From an uncultured Bacteroidales bacterium (GTDB taxonomy: Bacteria; Bacteroidota; Bacteroidia; Bacteroidales; Bacteroidaceae), in contig CACYZY010000008.1 of the NCBI GenBank assembly GCA_902779085.1, positions 46,201-110,200 on the forward strand: a stretch of DNA of 64,000 nucleotides. The letters run 5' to 3'. Numbering within the stretch: position 1 is the stretch's first letter; every line of letters starts with the position of its first letter. Positions 9,909-19,247 of this stretch are shown piece after piece. A model generated the notes under the pieces. It had not been told where the DNA came from and made no database searches. It saw nothing but the letters and a program-made list of their open reading frames with translations. Both the position numbers and the translations under genes were made by a program.

Positions 9909-12371
9909 ATGAAGACTGAAAACAAAGATAATAAGAAAGTTAAGAACAAAACACAACAGGTGGAAACGCCAGGAAAGGTAAGTGCAATAAAAGCCTTCTT
10001 TAAGAATGAAACCGTGCATTTCATCTTTGGTTTAGCTATTGCGCTGATAGCTGCTTTCGCTCTCGTTTCGTTTGGCTCTTTCTTCCTCTATGGTGCTGCT
10101 GACCAAAGTGTGATTGATAATAGCACATCTGAAGAATTGTTAGCAGGTGAAGGTGATGTGCAGAATATGGGTGCTATTCGTGGAGCTCAGTTGGCTGACT
10201 ATTTTATCAACCATCAGTTTGGCGCTCCATCCATCTTTATGGTAATCTTCTTGCTCGTAATGGGATTGAAACTGATGCGTGTAGTGAAGGTTAGGCTTTG
10301 GAAATGGTTTATAGGCTGTTCACTGTTGATGGTGTGGTGCTCTGTATTCTTCGGTTTCATGTTCAAGGGAATGTACGAAGATACATTCTTCTACCTTGGA
10401 GGTTTGCATGGTTATAACGTGAGCAGTTGGTTGGAGAGTCAGGTGGGCGTTCCAGGTGTGTTGATGATATTGTTCTTCACTGCTGTTTGTCTCTTGGCTT
10501 ATTTGAGTACACAAACCATCATTTGGTTGCGTAAGCTATTGGGTTTTGGTTATTTGAAACGTAAGAAAAAAGAAACACCTGCTGAGGATTCAGTTGATAT
10601 GCAGACTGATGGAGAACAACAAGAGGAAGCTCCTGTCAATGATTTAGATGATATACTTGATACCCCTAAATCTGCTGCAATTAATTTGGGTGGACCAGAC
10701 GATAACTTCATAGTTAATCCAGTTACAGAGTTGTTACATGGAGATGACGAGGAAGTCTTTAACGATGGTTCTGATGATGAACCATACAGAAAAAGAGATG
10801 AAGAATCAGAACCTGGTTTTGAGGTGGATGTTCCTGAAGACGAAGAAGTGGTTGAGTTGGAACCCTATAATCCCAGATTAGACTTGTCTCACTATAAGTT
10901 CCCAACCTTGGACTTGATGAAGCACTTTGACAATGACGGTCCAAGTGTGGATATGGAGGAGCAACAAGACAATAAGAACCGTATTGTTGAAGTATTGCGT
11001 AGCTTTGGCATAGAGATAAAGACTATAACCGCTACGGTGGGTCCTACTATTACACTGTACGAGATTACCTTAGCAGAAGGTATTCGTATTGCCAAGATAC
11101 GCAGTTTGGAAGATGATATTGCGTTGCAGTTGGCTGCTTTGGGTATTCGTATCATTGCACCAATTCCTGGCAAAGGAACTATCGGTATTGAGGTGCCTAA
11201 CAAAACTCCAAGAGTTGTATCAGGTCAAAGTGTGATAGGCAGCAAGGCATTCCAAGAGAGCAAGGCTGATTTACCGATGGTGTTGGGAAAGACCATTAGT
11301 AACGAGCCATTCGTAATAGACTTGGCAAAGATGCCGCACATGTTGGTAGCTGGTGCAACAGGTCAGGGTAAGTCTGTAGGTCTGAATGCCATGATAGCTT
11401 CTTTGCTGTATAAGAAACATCCTGCTGAGTTGAAGCTTGTTCTGGTGGATCCCAAGAAAGTGGAGTTTAGTGTTTATAGCGAGCTTGACCATCATTTCTT
11501 GGCACAGTTGGAAGATGCCAAGGAACCTGTTGTAACAGACGTGAAGAAGGTGGTGCGTACTCTCAATTCTCTGTGTGCCGAGATGGATGCCCGTTATGAT
11601 TTGCTGAAGATTGCTAAGGTGCGTAACATCAAAGAATACAATGAAAGATTCAATAGTCGTCGCTTAAATCCGAATAACGGACATCGTTTCTTGCCCTATA
11701 TCGTGGTGGTGATTGATGAGTTTGGCGACTTGATTATGACGGCAGGTAAGGAAGTTGAACTGCCTATAGCTCGTATAGCACAGTTGGCCCGTGCCGTGGG
11801 TATACACATGATTATCGCTACCCAGCGTCCTACGACCAACATCATTACGGGTACCATCAAGGCCAACTTCCCTGCACGTATAGCTTTCCGTGTAGCAGCG
11901 ATGATTGACTCGCGTACAATCCTTGACCGTCCAGGTGCTAACCAGTTGATAGGTAAGGGTGATATGCTGTTCTTGCAAGGCAACGACCCTGTGCGTGTGC
12001 AGTGTGCATTTATCGATACACCAGAAATTGAGAATATAGTGAAATACATATCTGAGCAACAAGGTTATACCACACCATTTTATTTGCCAGAAGTGGCAGA
12101 AGATATTGATTCAGAAGGTGGTGGTGCTGAAGTTGATATGGACAAACTCGACTCTTTGTTCGAGGATGCAGCTCGCCTGTTGGTCATTCATCAGCAGGGC
12201 TCAACATCTTTGATACAAAGGAAGTTCTCGATAGGCTATAATCGTGCTGGAAGATTGATGGATCAACTGGAGAAAGCAGGCATTGTAGGCCCTGCTATGG
12301 GTAGCAAACCACGTGATGTATTGTGTGTGGATGAAATGGCTTTAGAAGAAAAACTTGCCAATTTGAAATAA
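9909..12371 (+). CDS. ftsK: DNA translocase FtsK
   Basis: N-terminal TM region, acidic linker, Walker A GATGQGKS, IDEFGDL, ATQRP, gamma domain GSTSLIQRKFSIGYNRAGR. Confidence 0.97.
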   Translation: MKTENKDNKKVKNKTQQVETPGKVSAIKAFFKNETVHFIFGLAIALIAAFALVSFGSFFLYGAADQSVIDNSTSEELLAGEGDVQNMGAIRGAQLADYFINHQFGAPSIFMVIFLLVMGLKLMRVVKVRLWKWFIGCSLLMVWCSVFFGFMFKGMYEDTFFYLGGLHGYNVSSWLESQVGVPGVLMILFFTAVCLLAYLSTQTIIWLRKLLGFGYLKRKKKETPAEDSVDMQTDGEQQEEAPVNDLDDILDTPKSAAINLGGPDDNFIVNPVTELLHGDDEEVFNDGSDDEPYRKRDEESEPGFEVDVPEDEEVVELEPYNPRLDLSHYKFPTLDLMKHFDNDGPSVDMEEQQDNKNRIVEVLRSFGIEIKTITATVGPTITLYEITLAEGIRIAKIRSLEDDIALQLAALGIRIIAPIPGKGTIGIEVPNKTPRVVSGQSVIGSKAFQESKADLPMVLGKTISNEPFVIDLAKMPHMLVAGATGQGKSVGLNAMIASLLYKKHPAELKLVLVDPKKVEFSVYSELDHHFLAQLEDAKEPVVTDVKKVVRTLNSLCAEMDARYDLLKIAKVRNIKEYNERFNSRRLNPNNGHRFLPYIVVVIDEFGDLIMTAGKEVELPIARIAQLARAVGIHMIIATQRPTTNIITGTIKANFPARIAFRVAAMIDSRTILDRPGANQLIGKGDMLFLQGNDPVRVQCAFIDTPEIENIVKYISEQQGYTTPFYLPEVAEDIDSEGGGAEVDMDKLDSLFEDAARLLVIHQQGSTSLIQRKFSIGYNRAGRLMDQLEKAGIVGPAMGSKPRDVLCVDEMALEEKLANLK

Positions 12372-12390
12372 TTGAAAATTGAGAATTAGT

Positions 12391-13065
12391 ATGAATATAA
12401 AGCACATAATATTCATGAGAGATTTAGAACGTAACTACGCATTACGCTTAGTCTGTATTTTTTTTCTTTTTCTAATTTCATTTTTCAGTATTCAAATAAC
12501 TTGGGCTCAGACACCGAAAGAATTGTTGGATGAAGTTGTGGAGAAAGCTTATTCCAGTGGTTATATAGATGTTGATTTCACGGTATATATGGACGGTGCT
12601 GATACGCAAGGCCACATCATTGTGCAAGGGAAACAGTTCATATTGGAAACGCCAGGTATGAAAACTTGGTTTGATGGCAAGACACAGTGGACACTTGCAG
12701 AAGAGAATGAGGAGGTAAGCATTTCTGAACCTACTGATGAAGAGTTGCAGGCACTTAACCCTTATGCGTGGATGTCTCTCTATCAACAAGGCTATGATTT
12801 AAAGTATGGTGAAACGGGTGTTTCGGGTGTGAGAAAGGTGATTATGACAACCACTATTCCTCGTGAAGAGATGCAGAGTATTGTGCTATTGATTCATCAG
12901 ACAGAACTCTATCCTGTACGCCTTAGTATGGCTAGTAGAGGAGGGCTGGATGTGGTAGTCATTGACATTGACAGTTATAAGGTGAAGCAGCAACCTCTGG
13001 CTGAAGAAACTTTTGTGTTCGACAAGAGTGAATACCCAGGCATAGAGGTTATTGACCTGAGATAA
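12391..13065 (+). CDS. lolA: LolA-like outer-membrane lipoprotein carrier
   Basis: Signal peptide, WFDGKTQW motif, C-terminal EVIDLR; follows ftsK as usual. Start uncertain (12379 TTG, 12391 or 12415 ATG). Confidence 0.75.
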   Translation: MNIKHIIFMRDLERNYALRLVCIFFLFLISFFSIQITWAQTPKELLDEVVEKAYSSGYIDVDFTVYMDGADTQGHIIVQGKQFILETPGMKTWFDGKTQWTLAEENEEVSISEPTDEELQALNPYAWMSLYQQGYDLKYGETGVSGVRKVIMTTTIPREEMQSIVLLIHQTELYPVRLSMASRGGLDVVVIDIDSYKVKQQPLAEETFVFDKSEYPGIEVIDLR

Positions 13066-13083
13066 TAATTAACACTAAATATT

Positions 13084-14022
13084 ATGGAAACAGAAAAAGT
13101 AAGATTGCTGATCATTGGTTCTGGACCGGCAGGCTATACAGCTGCGATCTATGCATCGCGTGCCAATCTTCAGCCTGTATTGTATGCAGGCTTGCAGCCT
13201 GGAGGTCAGCTTACGACAACTACAGAAGTTGAAAACTTTCCAGGTTATCCTCAAGGTGTGGATGGAAACCAGTTGATGGAAGACTTGCGCCAGCAAGCAG
13301 AGCGATTTGGTGCCGATCTTCGTCAAGGTGTTGCCACCCAGGCTGATTTAAGCCAGCGTCCATTTAAGATTACTATTGATGGCTCTAAGATAATTGAGAC
13401 TGAAGCACTGATTATTGCTACTGGTGCTGCTGCCAAGTATCTAGGGCTGGAAGACGAAAAGAAATATGCTGGTATGGGTGTGAGTGCCTGTGCCACCTGT
13501 GATGGATTCTTTTATCGCAAGAAAGTAGTAGCAGTGGTAGGAGGTGGTGATACGGCTTGCGAGGAAGCCACTTATTTGGCAGGACTTGCTGCAAAAGTCT
13601 ATTTGATTGTACGCAAACCATTCCTACGTGCTTCTAAGATTATGCAAGAACGTGTGATGAATCATCCGAAAATTGAAGTGCTCTTTGAGCACAATGCAGA
13701 AGGTTTGTTCGGTGACAATGGCGTAGAAGGAGTGCATCTTGTGCAGCGTTTGGGTGAGCCAGATGAGCGTCATTATGACCTGCCTATCGATGGATTTTTC
13801 TTGGCCATTGGTCATAAACCTAGTTCTGACATTTTTAAGGACTATGTTGAGACTGATGCAGCTGGCTATATCGTAACAGAAGGAAACAGTCCGAGGACCA
13901 ATGTGCCTGGAGTGTTTGCTGCAGGTGATGTGGCAGACCCTCATTATCGTCAGGCTATTACTGCTGCAGGCAGTGGATGCAAAGCTGCTATTGAAGCAGA
14001 AAGGTTTTTATTAAACGGATAA
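13084..14022 (+). CDS. trxB: Thioredoxin-disulfide reductase
   Basis: GSGPAG, CATCDGFF, GGGDTA, AAGDV...YRQAITAAG. Confidence 0.97.
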   Translation: METEKVRLLIIGSGPAGYTAAIYASRANLQPVLYAGLQPGGQLTTTTEVENFPGYPQGVDGNQLMEDLRQQAERFGADLRQGVATQADLSQRPFKITIDGSKIIETEALIIATGAAAKYLGLEDEKKYAGMGVSACATCDGFFYRKKVVAVVGGGDTACEEATYLAGLAAKVYLIVRKPFLRASKIMQERVMNHPKIEVLFEHNAEGLFGDNGVEGVHLVQRLGEPDERHYDLPIDGFFLAIGHKPSSDIFKDYVETDAAGYIVTEGNSPRTNVPGVFAAGDVADPHYRQAITAAGSGCKAAIEAERFLLNG

Positions 14023-14026
14023 TATC

Positions 14027-14728
14027 ATGGTGAAGCCTAATATTACAGACATCAATATCCCGGAACTGATATCAGATCTTTGGGCGCCATTGACACCTGA
14101 GCAGCGAGAGCGTTTGGCTAGCAGTTTTTCGATTCAGACTTATAAGAAAAACGAGATTGTGCACAGTGAAGATGAAACGCCAACTCATTTGTTCTGCCTC
14201 TTAAAAGGTAAGGTTAAAGTTTTTAGAGAAGGTGTGGGTGGAAGAAATCAAATTGTTCGTATGATAAAGCCTGTAGAGTATTTTGGTTTCCGTGCTTACT
14301 TTGCTAACGAGACTTATGTCAATGCTGCGGCAGCAGTAGAGTCATCTGTTGTATGTCTGATTCCGTTGGAAGTGATTGAAGAACTGGTTAAGGAGAACAT
14401 TGACCTTGCCTGCTTCTTTATCCGCAATCTTTCGGCCTCTTTAGGTGTGGCTGACCGTCGTACAGTGAACCTGACGCAGAAGCATATCCGTGGTAGGTTA
14501 GCTGAGTCGTTGCTGTTCCTGAAAGAGAGTTATGGTCTAGAAGAAGACAACTCTACACTGAGCATCTACCTTTCTCGTGAGGATTTGGCAAACCTTTCTA
14601 ACATGACTACTTCTAATGCCATTCGCACGCTATCGCAATTTGCATCAGAGAAATTGATAGCCATTGATGGACGTAAGATTAAGATTATTGAAGAGGATAA
14701 ACTTAAGAAGATATCTAAGATAGGATGA
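14027..14728 (+). CDS. cur: Crp/Fnr-family regulator, probable orthologue of Bacteroides BT4338 (Cur)
   Basis: cNMP-binding domain plus HTH (LSREDLANLSNMTTSNAIRTLS); sequence and position beside GS-III match BT4338 as I recall it. Confidence 0.8.
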   Translation: MVKPNITDINIPELISDLWAPLTPEQRERLASSFSIQTYKKNEIVHSEDETPTHLFCLLKGKVKVFREGVGGRNQIVRMIKPVEYFGFRAYFANETYVNAAAAVESSVVCLIPLEVIEELVKENIDLACFFIRNLSASLGVADRRTVNLTQKHIRGRLAESLLFLKESYGLEEDNSTLSIYLSREDLANLSNMTTSNAIRTLSQFASEKLIAIDGRKIKIIEEDKLKKISKIG

Positions 14729-14762
14729 TATAAAAAATCCTCCCTATTGGGGAGGAGTGATG

Positions 14763-14804
14763 AAATAATAACAATCCCCCAATGCAGGGGGATTGTTATT
14801 ATTT
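14763..14804. terminator. Bidirectional terminator between the Crp gene and glnA
   Basis: Perfect 18-bp inverted repeat AAATAATAACAATCCCCC/GGGGGATTGTTATTATTT between convergent genes. Confidence 0.85.
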
Positions 14805-16988
14805 AGTAAACAGCAACTCTCGATACTTTGGCAATGGCCAAATCTCATCGTCAATTTCCATCTCGAGTTTGTCGATATGTTCACGTATTTGTTCCAAGAA
14901 AGGTTTAACTTCCTGCTCGTAAGCGAAAGCACGCTCTTGATAGTTCTCCATGTGATTAGCCTTCTTGCGTGATTCTGTCATTTCTTTTACCAAGCGCTTA
15001 ATTTCTGTTACACGGAAAGATATTTCACGAATCAAGTCCTTTCTATCGGCGCTGAGTGATTCATATTCTTCAGCATCGAATACCTCTCGCAATCCACGCA
15101 AATTCTCTAACAAGCGATTCTGATAGGTAACGGCTGTTGGTACAATATGGTTGATGGCTAAATCACCTAATACACGGCTCTCAATCTGTACTTTTTTTGT
15201 GAATTTCTCCAACTCCACTTCCAAGCGACTTGCCAACTCAGTTTCATTGAAAATATGTTCGCCGATTAATACAGCCCTTGACTGCTCGCTTTCATAGAGC
15301 ATCAATGCCTCTGGCACATTGTTGATATTACTCAAGCCTCGACGAGCAGCCTCCTGTTTCCATTCTTCAGAATAACCGTCACCCTCAAAACGAATGGGAG
15401 CCGATGTAACGATAGCATCTTTTAACGCACGGAATAGGGCTTCCGTCTTGCTCATGCCATCTTCCATAAATTTATCAACCGTTGCTTTGAACTCCTGCAA
15501 CTGGTTAGCCATAGCTGCATTGATAGCAATCATCGCACCGGCGCAGTTGGCCGATGAACCCACAGCGCGGAACTCAAAGCGATTACCTGTAAAAGCAAAA
15601 GGCGAGGTGCGGTTGCGGTCAGTCGTGTCGAGCAGAATCTCTGGAATACGGTCAATACCCAACTTCAGTGTAAGGTTAGCCGCCTGGTCACTCTTGCTAC
15701 TATAGTCTTGCTTGACAAATTCATTCAGCACTGTTGTCAATTGCTTGCCCAAGAAGATGGATAAGATAACAGGAGGCGCCTCGTTACCTCCTAAACGATA
15801 ACTGTTGGTGGCACTCATAATGGAAGCCCTCAACAAATTCTGGTTCTTATAGACCATCATTAACACGTTTACCAAGAAAGTCAAGAACAACATGTTGCCC
15901 TGTGGGTTCTTACCTGGTGCGAACAAATTTATGCCTGTATCTGTGCAGAGCGACCAGTTATTATGCTTGCCTGAACCATTTACTCCGTTGAAAGGTTTCT
16001 CATGCAACAGCACTGAAAAATTATGCTTCCCTGCTAAGCGCTTCATCATGTCCATCACCAACTGGTTATGGTCATTGGCCAGATTGACATTTTCAAAGAT
16101 AGGAGCCAACTCAAACTGGTTGGGTGCTGCTTCGTTATGTCTGGTCTTCACAGGAATGCCCAGTTTATAGCATTCTATTTCCAGCTCTTTCATGAAAGCA
16201 GTTACACGGGCAGGAATGGAACCAAAATAGTGATCGTCCAACTGCTGGTCTTTGGCAGATGAATGTCCCATTAGCGTACGTCCCGTCAAACAAAGGTCAG
16301 GACGCGCGTCGTACAAAGCACGATCTACTAAGAAATATTCCTGTTCCCAACCTAAGTTAGCATGCACACGCTTTACATGTTCATCAAACAATTTACAAAC
16401 GGATGTTGCTGCCTTATCAACGGCTGCTAATGCTTTTAGTAATGGCGTCTTGTAATCCAGCGCCTCACCTGTGTAAGAGATGAAGATTGTAGGTATACAC
16501 AAAGTGTCATCTACCACAAATGCAGGAGATGAAACGTCCCAGGCAGTGTAGCCACGTGCTTCAAAGGTGTTGCGTATACCCCCACTGGGAAAAGAAGAAG
16601 CATCTGGTTCCTGCTGGATAAGTAGCTTACCAGAGAAACGCTCTATCACATTTCCGTCTTCATCGAAATCAATAAAACCGTCATGTTTCTCAGCTGTACC
16701 GTCAGTCAATGGCTGGAACCAATGGGTATAGTGAGTCACGTTCAACTGCTTTGCCCAACTTTTCATGCCGTTGGCAATCAGGTCGGCTGTCTCAATGCTG
16801 ATAGGTTTCCCCTTCTCGATGGCGTCTTGAACAGCTTTATATGCCTCTTTCGGGAGATACTCCTGCATCTTTTGCTGATCAAAGACATGAATACCATAAT
16901 AGTCATTCAGCTTGTCAGACGGGAGGCTCACTTCCACAGGTTTTCTGTTTGCCAATTCTTGCAGGGCAAAAAATCTCATTTTTGACAT
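14799..16988 (-). CDS. glnA: Glutamine synthetase type III
   Basis: 729 aa; THYTHWFQP, EPDASSFPSGG, HNEAAPNQFE, GSGKHNNWS, DRNRTSPFAFTGNRFEFRAVG. Confidence 0.96.
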   Translation of the reverse strand: MSKMRFFALQELANRKPVEVSLPSDKLNDYYGIHVFDQQKMQEYLPKEAYKAVQDAIEKGKPISIETADLIANGMKSWAKQLNVTHYTHWFQPLTDGTAEKHDGFIDFDEDGNVIERFSGKLLIQQEPDASSFPSGGIRNTFEARGYTAWDVSSPAFVVDDTLCIPTIFISYTGEALDYKTPLLKALAAVDKAATSVCKLFDEHVKRVHANLGWEQEYFLVDRALYDARPDLCLTGRTLMGHSSAKDQQLDDHYFGSIPARVTAFMKELEIECYKLGIPVKTRHNEAAPNQFELAPIFENVNLANDHNQLVMDMMKRLAGKHNFSVLLHEKPFNGVNGSGKHNNWSLCTDTGINLFAPGKNPQGNMLFLTFLVNVLMMVYKNQNLLRASIMSATNSYRLGGNEAPPVILSIFLGKQLTTVLNEFVKQDYSSKSDQAANLTLKLGIDRIPEILLDTTDRNRTSPFAFTGNRFEFRAVGSSANCAGAMIAINAAMANQLQEFKATVDKFMEDGMSKTEALFRALKDAIVTSAPIRFEGDGYSEEWKQEAARRGLSNINNVPEALMLYESEQSRAVLIGEHIFNETELASRLEVELEKFTKKVQIESRVLGDLAINHIVPTAVTYQNRLLENLRGLREVFDAEEYESLSADRKDLIREISFRVTEIKRLVKEMTESRKKANHMENYQERAFAYEQEVKPFLEQIREHIDKLEMEIDDEIWPLPKYRELLFTK

Positions 16989-17018
16989 ATCAGTTTATCT
17001 TTTAACGGTAATTTGCCA

Positions 17019-17047
17019 CAAAAGTACAAATTTAATTTATACTTTTG
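17019..17047. promoter_or_regulatory. Back-to-back -7 elements for glnA (-) and the DUF5686 gene (+)
   Basis: CAAAAGTA at 17019-17026 (TACTTTTG on minus strand) and TACTTTTG at 17040-17047. Confidence 0.6.
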
Positions 17048-17058
17048 CTATTTAGTAT

Positions 17059-19236
17059 ATGAAAAAAGCGCACGAAATAGGATTCATCTTGTGGTTAGTC
17101 TTGCTAATTACTTTCTCACTAGAGGCTTTGGATGTCAGTGCCAAAAAGCATAATCCCATTGATGTACTGGCAGACAGCATTGTTCGTCTGACAGTAGGTC
17201 GTGCCAGGGATAGTGTAGGATTAGCTGATGAATACAATGCTCAACTATACATCAAAGGGCTGGTATATGTGCGTAAGAAGAATGTGTTTTACCATCAGAT
17301 ACCAGGCATGTTTCATGTCAGTAAAAATGGACAGCGTCGTTTTATTATCGAGACGATTAATCAGGTGCATTATTCCTCTCCGGACTTATTTGATCAACGT
17401 ACAGAAGCAGTGCTGGGCACTACCAACAGTTTCTTTGAGGGAGATGGCAGATTGTCCGATTTGTTTCATATCACTCCTTATCATCACATGTTGATGCAGG
17501 ATAAACTTATCTCTCCACTTTCCCCTAATGGTGACAAATATTATATATATATGCTCGATTCTGTCTTCTACGTAGGCAACATTCAACACTATAAAGTCGC
17601 TTTCAAACCACGAGTTGTTAGCTATCAGTTGGTTGAGGGCTATTTTATCATTACCAATGGTGCATGGAGCATCAGAGAAATGTGTTTTGAAGGCCGTAAC
17701 GAGATGTTGCGTTTCAAAAATACGATGACAATGGGTAGAGTAGGTACAGAAACAGAAATGTTGCCAATGAAATATAACTTAGAGGTTTATTTCCATTTTA
17801 TGGGCAACCGTATTGATGCTACCTATACAGGCCTGATGACCTATCATGACATAGAGCTCAAAGCGCCACTTCTTGTTTCAAAAGAACTGCGTCGCAAGGG
17901 TAAAGAAAAGTATGATCTCTCGCGCTATTATAATTTGGGTAGTGACGATAGTGCACCGACAAGAGATATAAAATTCTTCGAGAATCATCGTCCTACACCG
18001 CTGACGGATGACGAGTTGGATCTTTATACTGATTATATCAACGCACAGTTGGACAATCAACTTGACACAGTGAGGCAAAGTAAGGAGAAGCGCTCCCGTT
18101 TCTGGGGCAATGTAGGTGACGCTTTGGTGAGCCGAAGCCGTTTTTACGTGAAAGACGTGGGGAATTTCCGTCTCTCTCCTTTGTTTAATCCTCAACAGAT
18201 AGGATATAGCCACCGCAATGGCATATCATATAAAATGGATTTGCGCTATACCCGAAGAATGGTACATGACCGTGTGATTGAGATAACGCCACGCTTGGGA
18301 TATAATTTCAAGCATCGTGAGTTTTATTGGCTTGTAAGGGGCTATTTCGATTATTGGCCAGAAAAACGTGCCTCCTGGAATTTCGAAGTAGGTAATGGCG
18401 ACAAGGTTTATAATAATGAAGTGGTAAAAGACATAGAAACTATTATAGGTGATAAGGTTGATTTGTCGGATGTAAACCTGGAATATTTCAATCATACCTA
18501 TTTCAAACTATCACATAGTTGGGAGGTTTTCAATGGTTTCACCCTGGATCTAGGTCTTAACCTGCACCATAGAGCTGCTACTGGTAACCGCAACGAGAAT
18601 TACAATCGTACCTATAACAGTTTTGCACCAACGATGAGGCTTTCGTATACTCCAGGGCAATATTACTATATGGATGGTAAACGAAAAGTAAACCTGCATT
18701 CTTCTTACCCCACCTTAATATTTGAATGGGAAAAAGGGCTAGGGGGCATTTTAAAAAATTCTACTGTTTATGACCGTTTTGAGATAGACATTCAGGATGA
18801 TCTTCCTCTCGGGCTGCAACGCACATTATTCCTTCGATTTGGAGCTGGTGCCTTCGCGTATAAAGATCATTTGTATTTTATTGATTTCGAGAGATTCCGT
18901 AGGCATAACCTGCCCATGGGCTGGAGCGATGATATTGGTGGTGTATTCCAACTGCTTAACAATGATGTTTACAACTCTTCTACCCGATATTTGAGGTTCC
19001 ATGCCACTTATCAGGTTCCGTTCCTGATCATTCCACATGTTGCGAAATATTTGAAATATGTGATGAATGAGCGCATATATTTCAACACAGTATTCTTGCC
19101 TCATCAAAAACCCTTCTATGAAGTGGGTTATGGGTTAGGTACACATATTTTCGACTTTGGTCTCTTTATGTCGTTTGCACAGCAGAAAAAAAGTGAATTT
19201 GGATTCAAGATAACTTTTGAGCTATTTAATAGATAA
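17059..19236 (+). CDS. DUF5686-family outer-membrane beta-barrel-like protein
   Basis: Signal peptide, aromatic-rich beta-strand pattern, C-terminal YEVGYGLGTHIFDFG...FELF; family recalled from Bacteroidales proteins. Confidence 0.7.
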   Translation: MKKAHEIGFILWLVLLITFSLEALDVSAKKHNPIDVLADSIVRLTVGRARDSVGLADEYNAQLYIKGLVYVRKKNVFYHQIPGMFHVSKNGQRRFIIETINQVHYSSPDLFDQRTEAVLGTTNSFFEGDGRLSDLFHITPYHHMLMQDKLISPLSPNGDKYYIYMLDSVFYVGNIQHYKVAFKPRVVSYQLVEGYFIITNGAWSIREMCFEGRNEMLRFKNTMTMGRVGTETEMLPMKYNLEVYFHFMGNRIDATYTGLMTYHDIELKAPLLVSKELRRKGKEKYDLSRYYNLGSDDSAPTRDIKFFENHRPTPLTDDELDLYTDYINAQLDNQLDTVRQSKEKRSRFWGNVGDALVSRSRFYVKDVGNFRLSPLFNPQQIGYSHRNGISYKMDLRYTRRMVHDRVIEITPRLGYNFKHREFYWLVRGYFDYWPEKRASWNFEVGNGDKVYNNEVVKDIETIIGDKVDLSDVNLEYFNHTYFKLSHSWEVFNGFTLDLGLNLHHRAATGNRNENYNRTYNSFAPTMRLSYTPGQYYYMDGKRKVNLHSSYPTLIFEWEKGLGGILKNSTVYDRFEIDIQDDLPLGLQRTLFLRFGAGAFAYKDHLYFIDFERFRRHNLPMGWSDDIGGVFQLLNNDVYNSSTRYLRFHATYQVPFLIIPHVAKYLKYVMNERIYFNTVFLPHQKPFYEVGYGLGTHIFDFGLFMSFAQQKKSEFGFKITFELFNR

Positions 19237-19247
19237 ATTGATATATT

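Noticed and set aside
12458-12471. T8-C-T5 tract in the lolA signal-peptide region as a phase-variation site
   Set aside because: Explained by Phe/Leu codons; the frame is intact and the gene is housekeeping.
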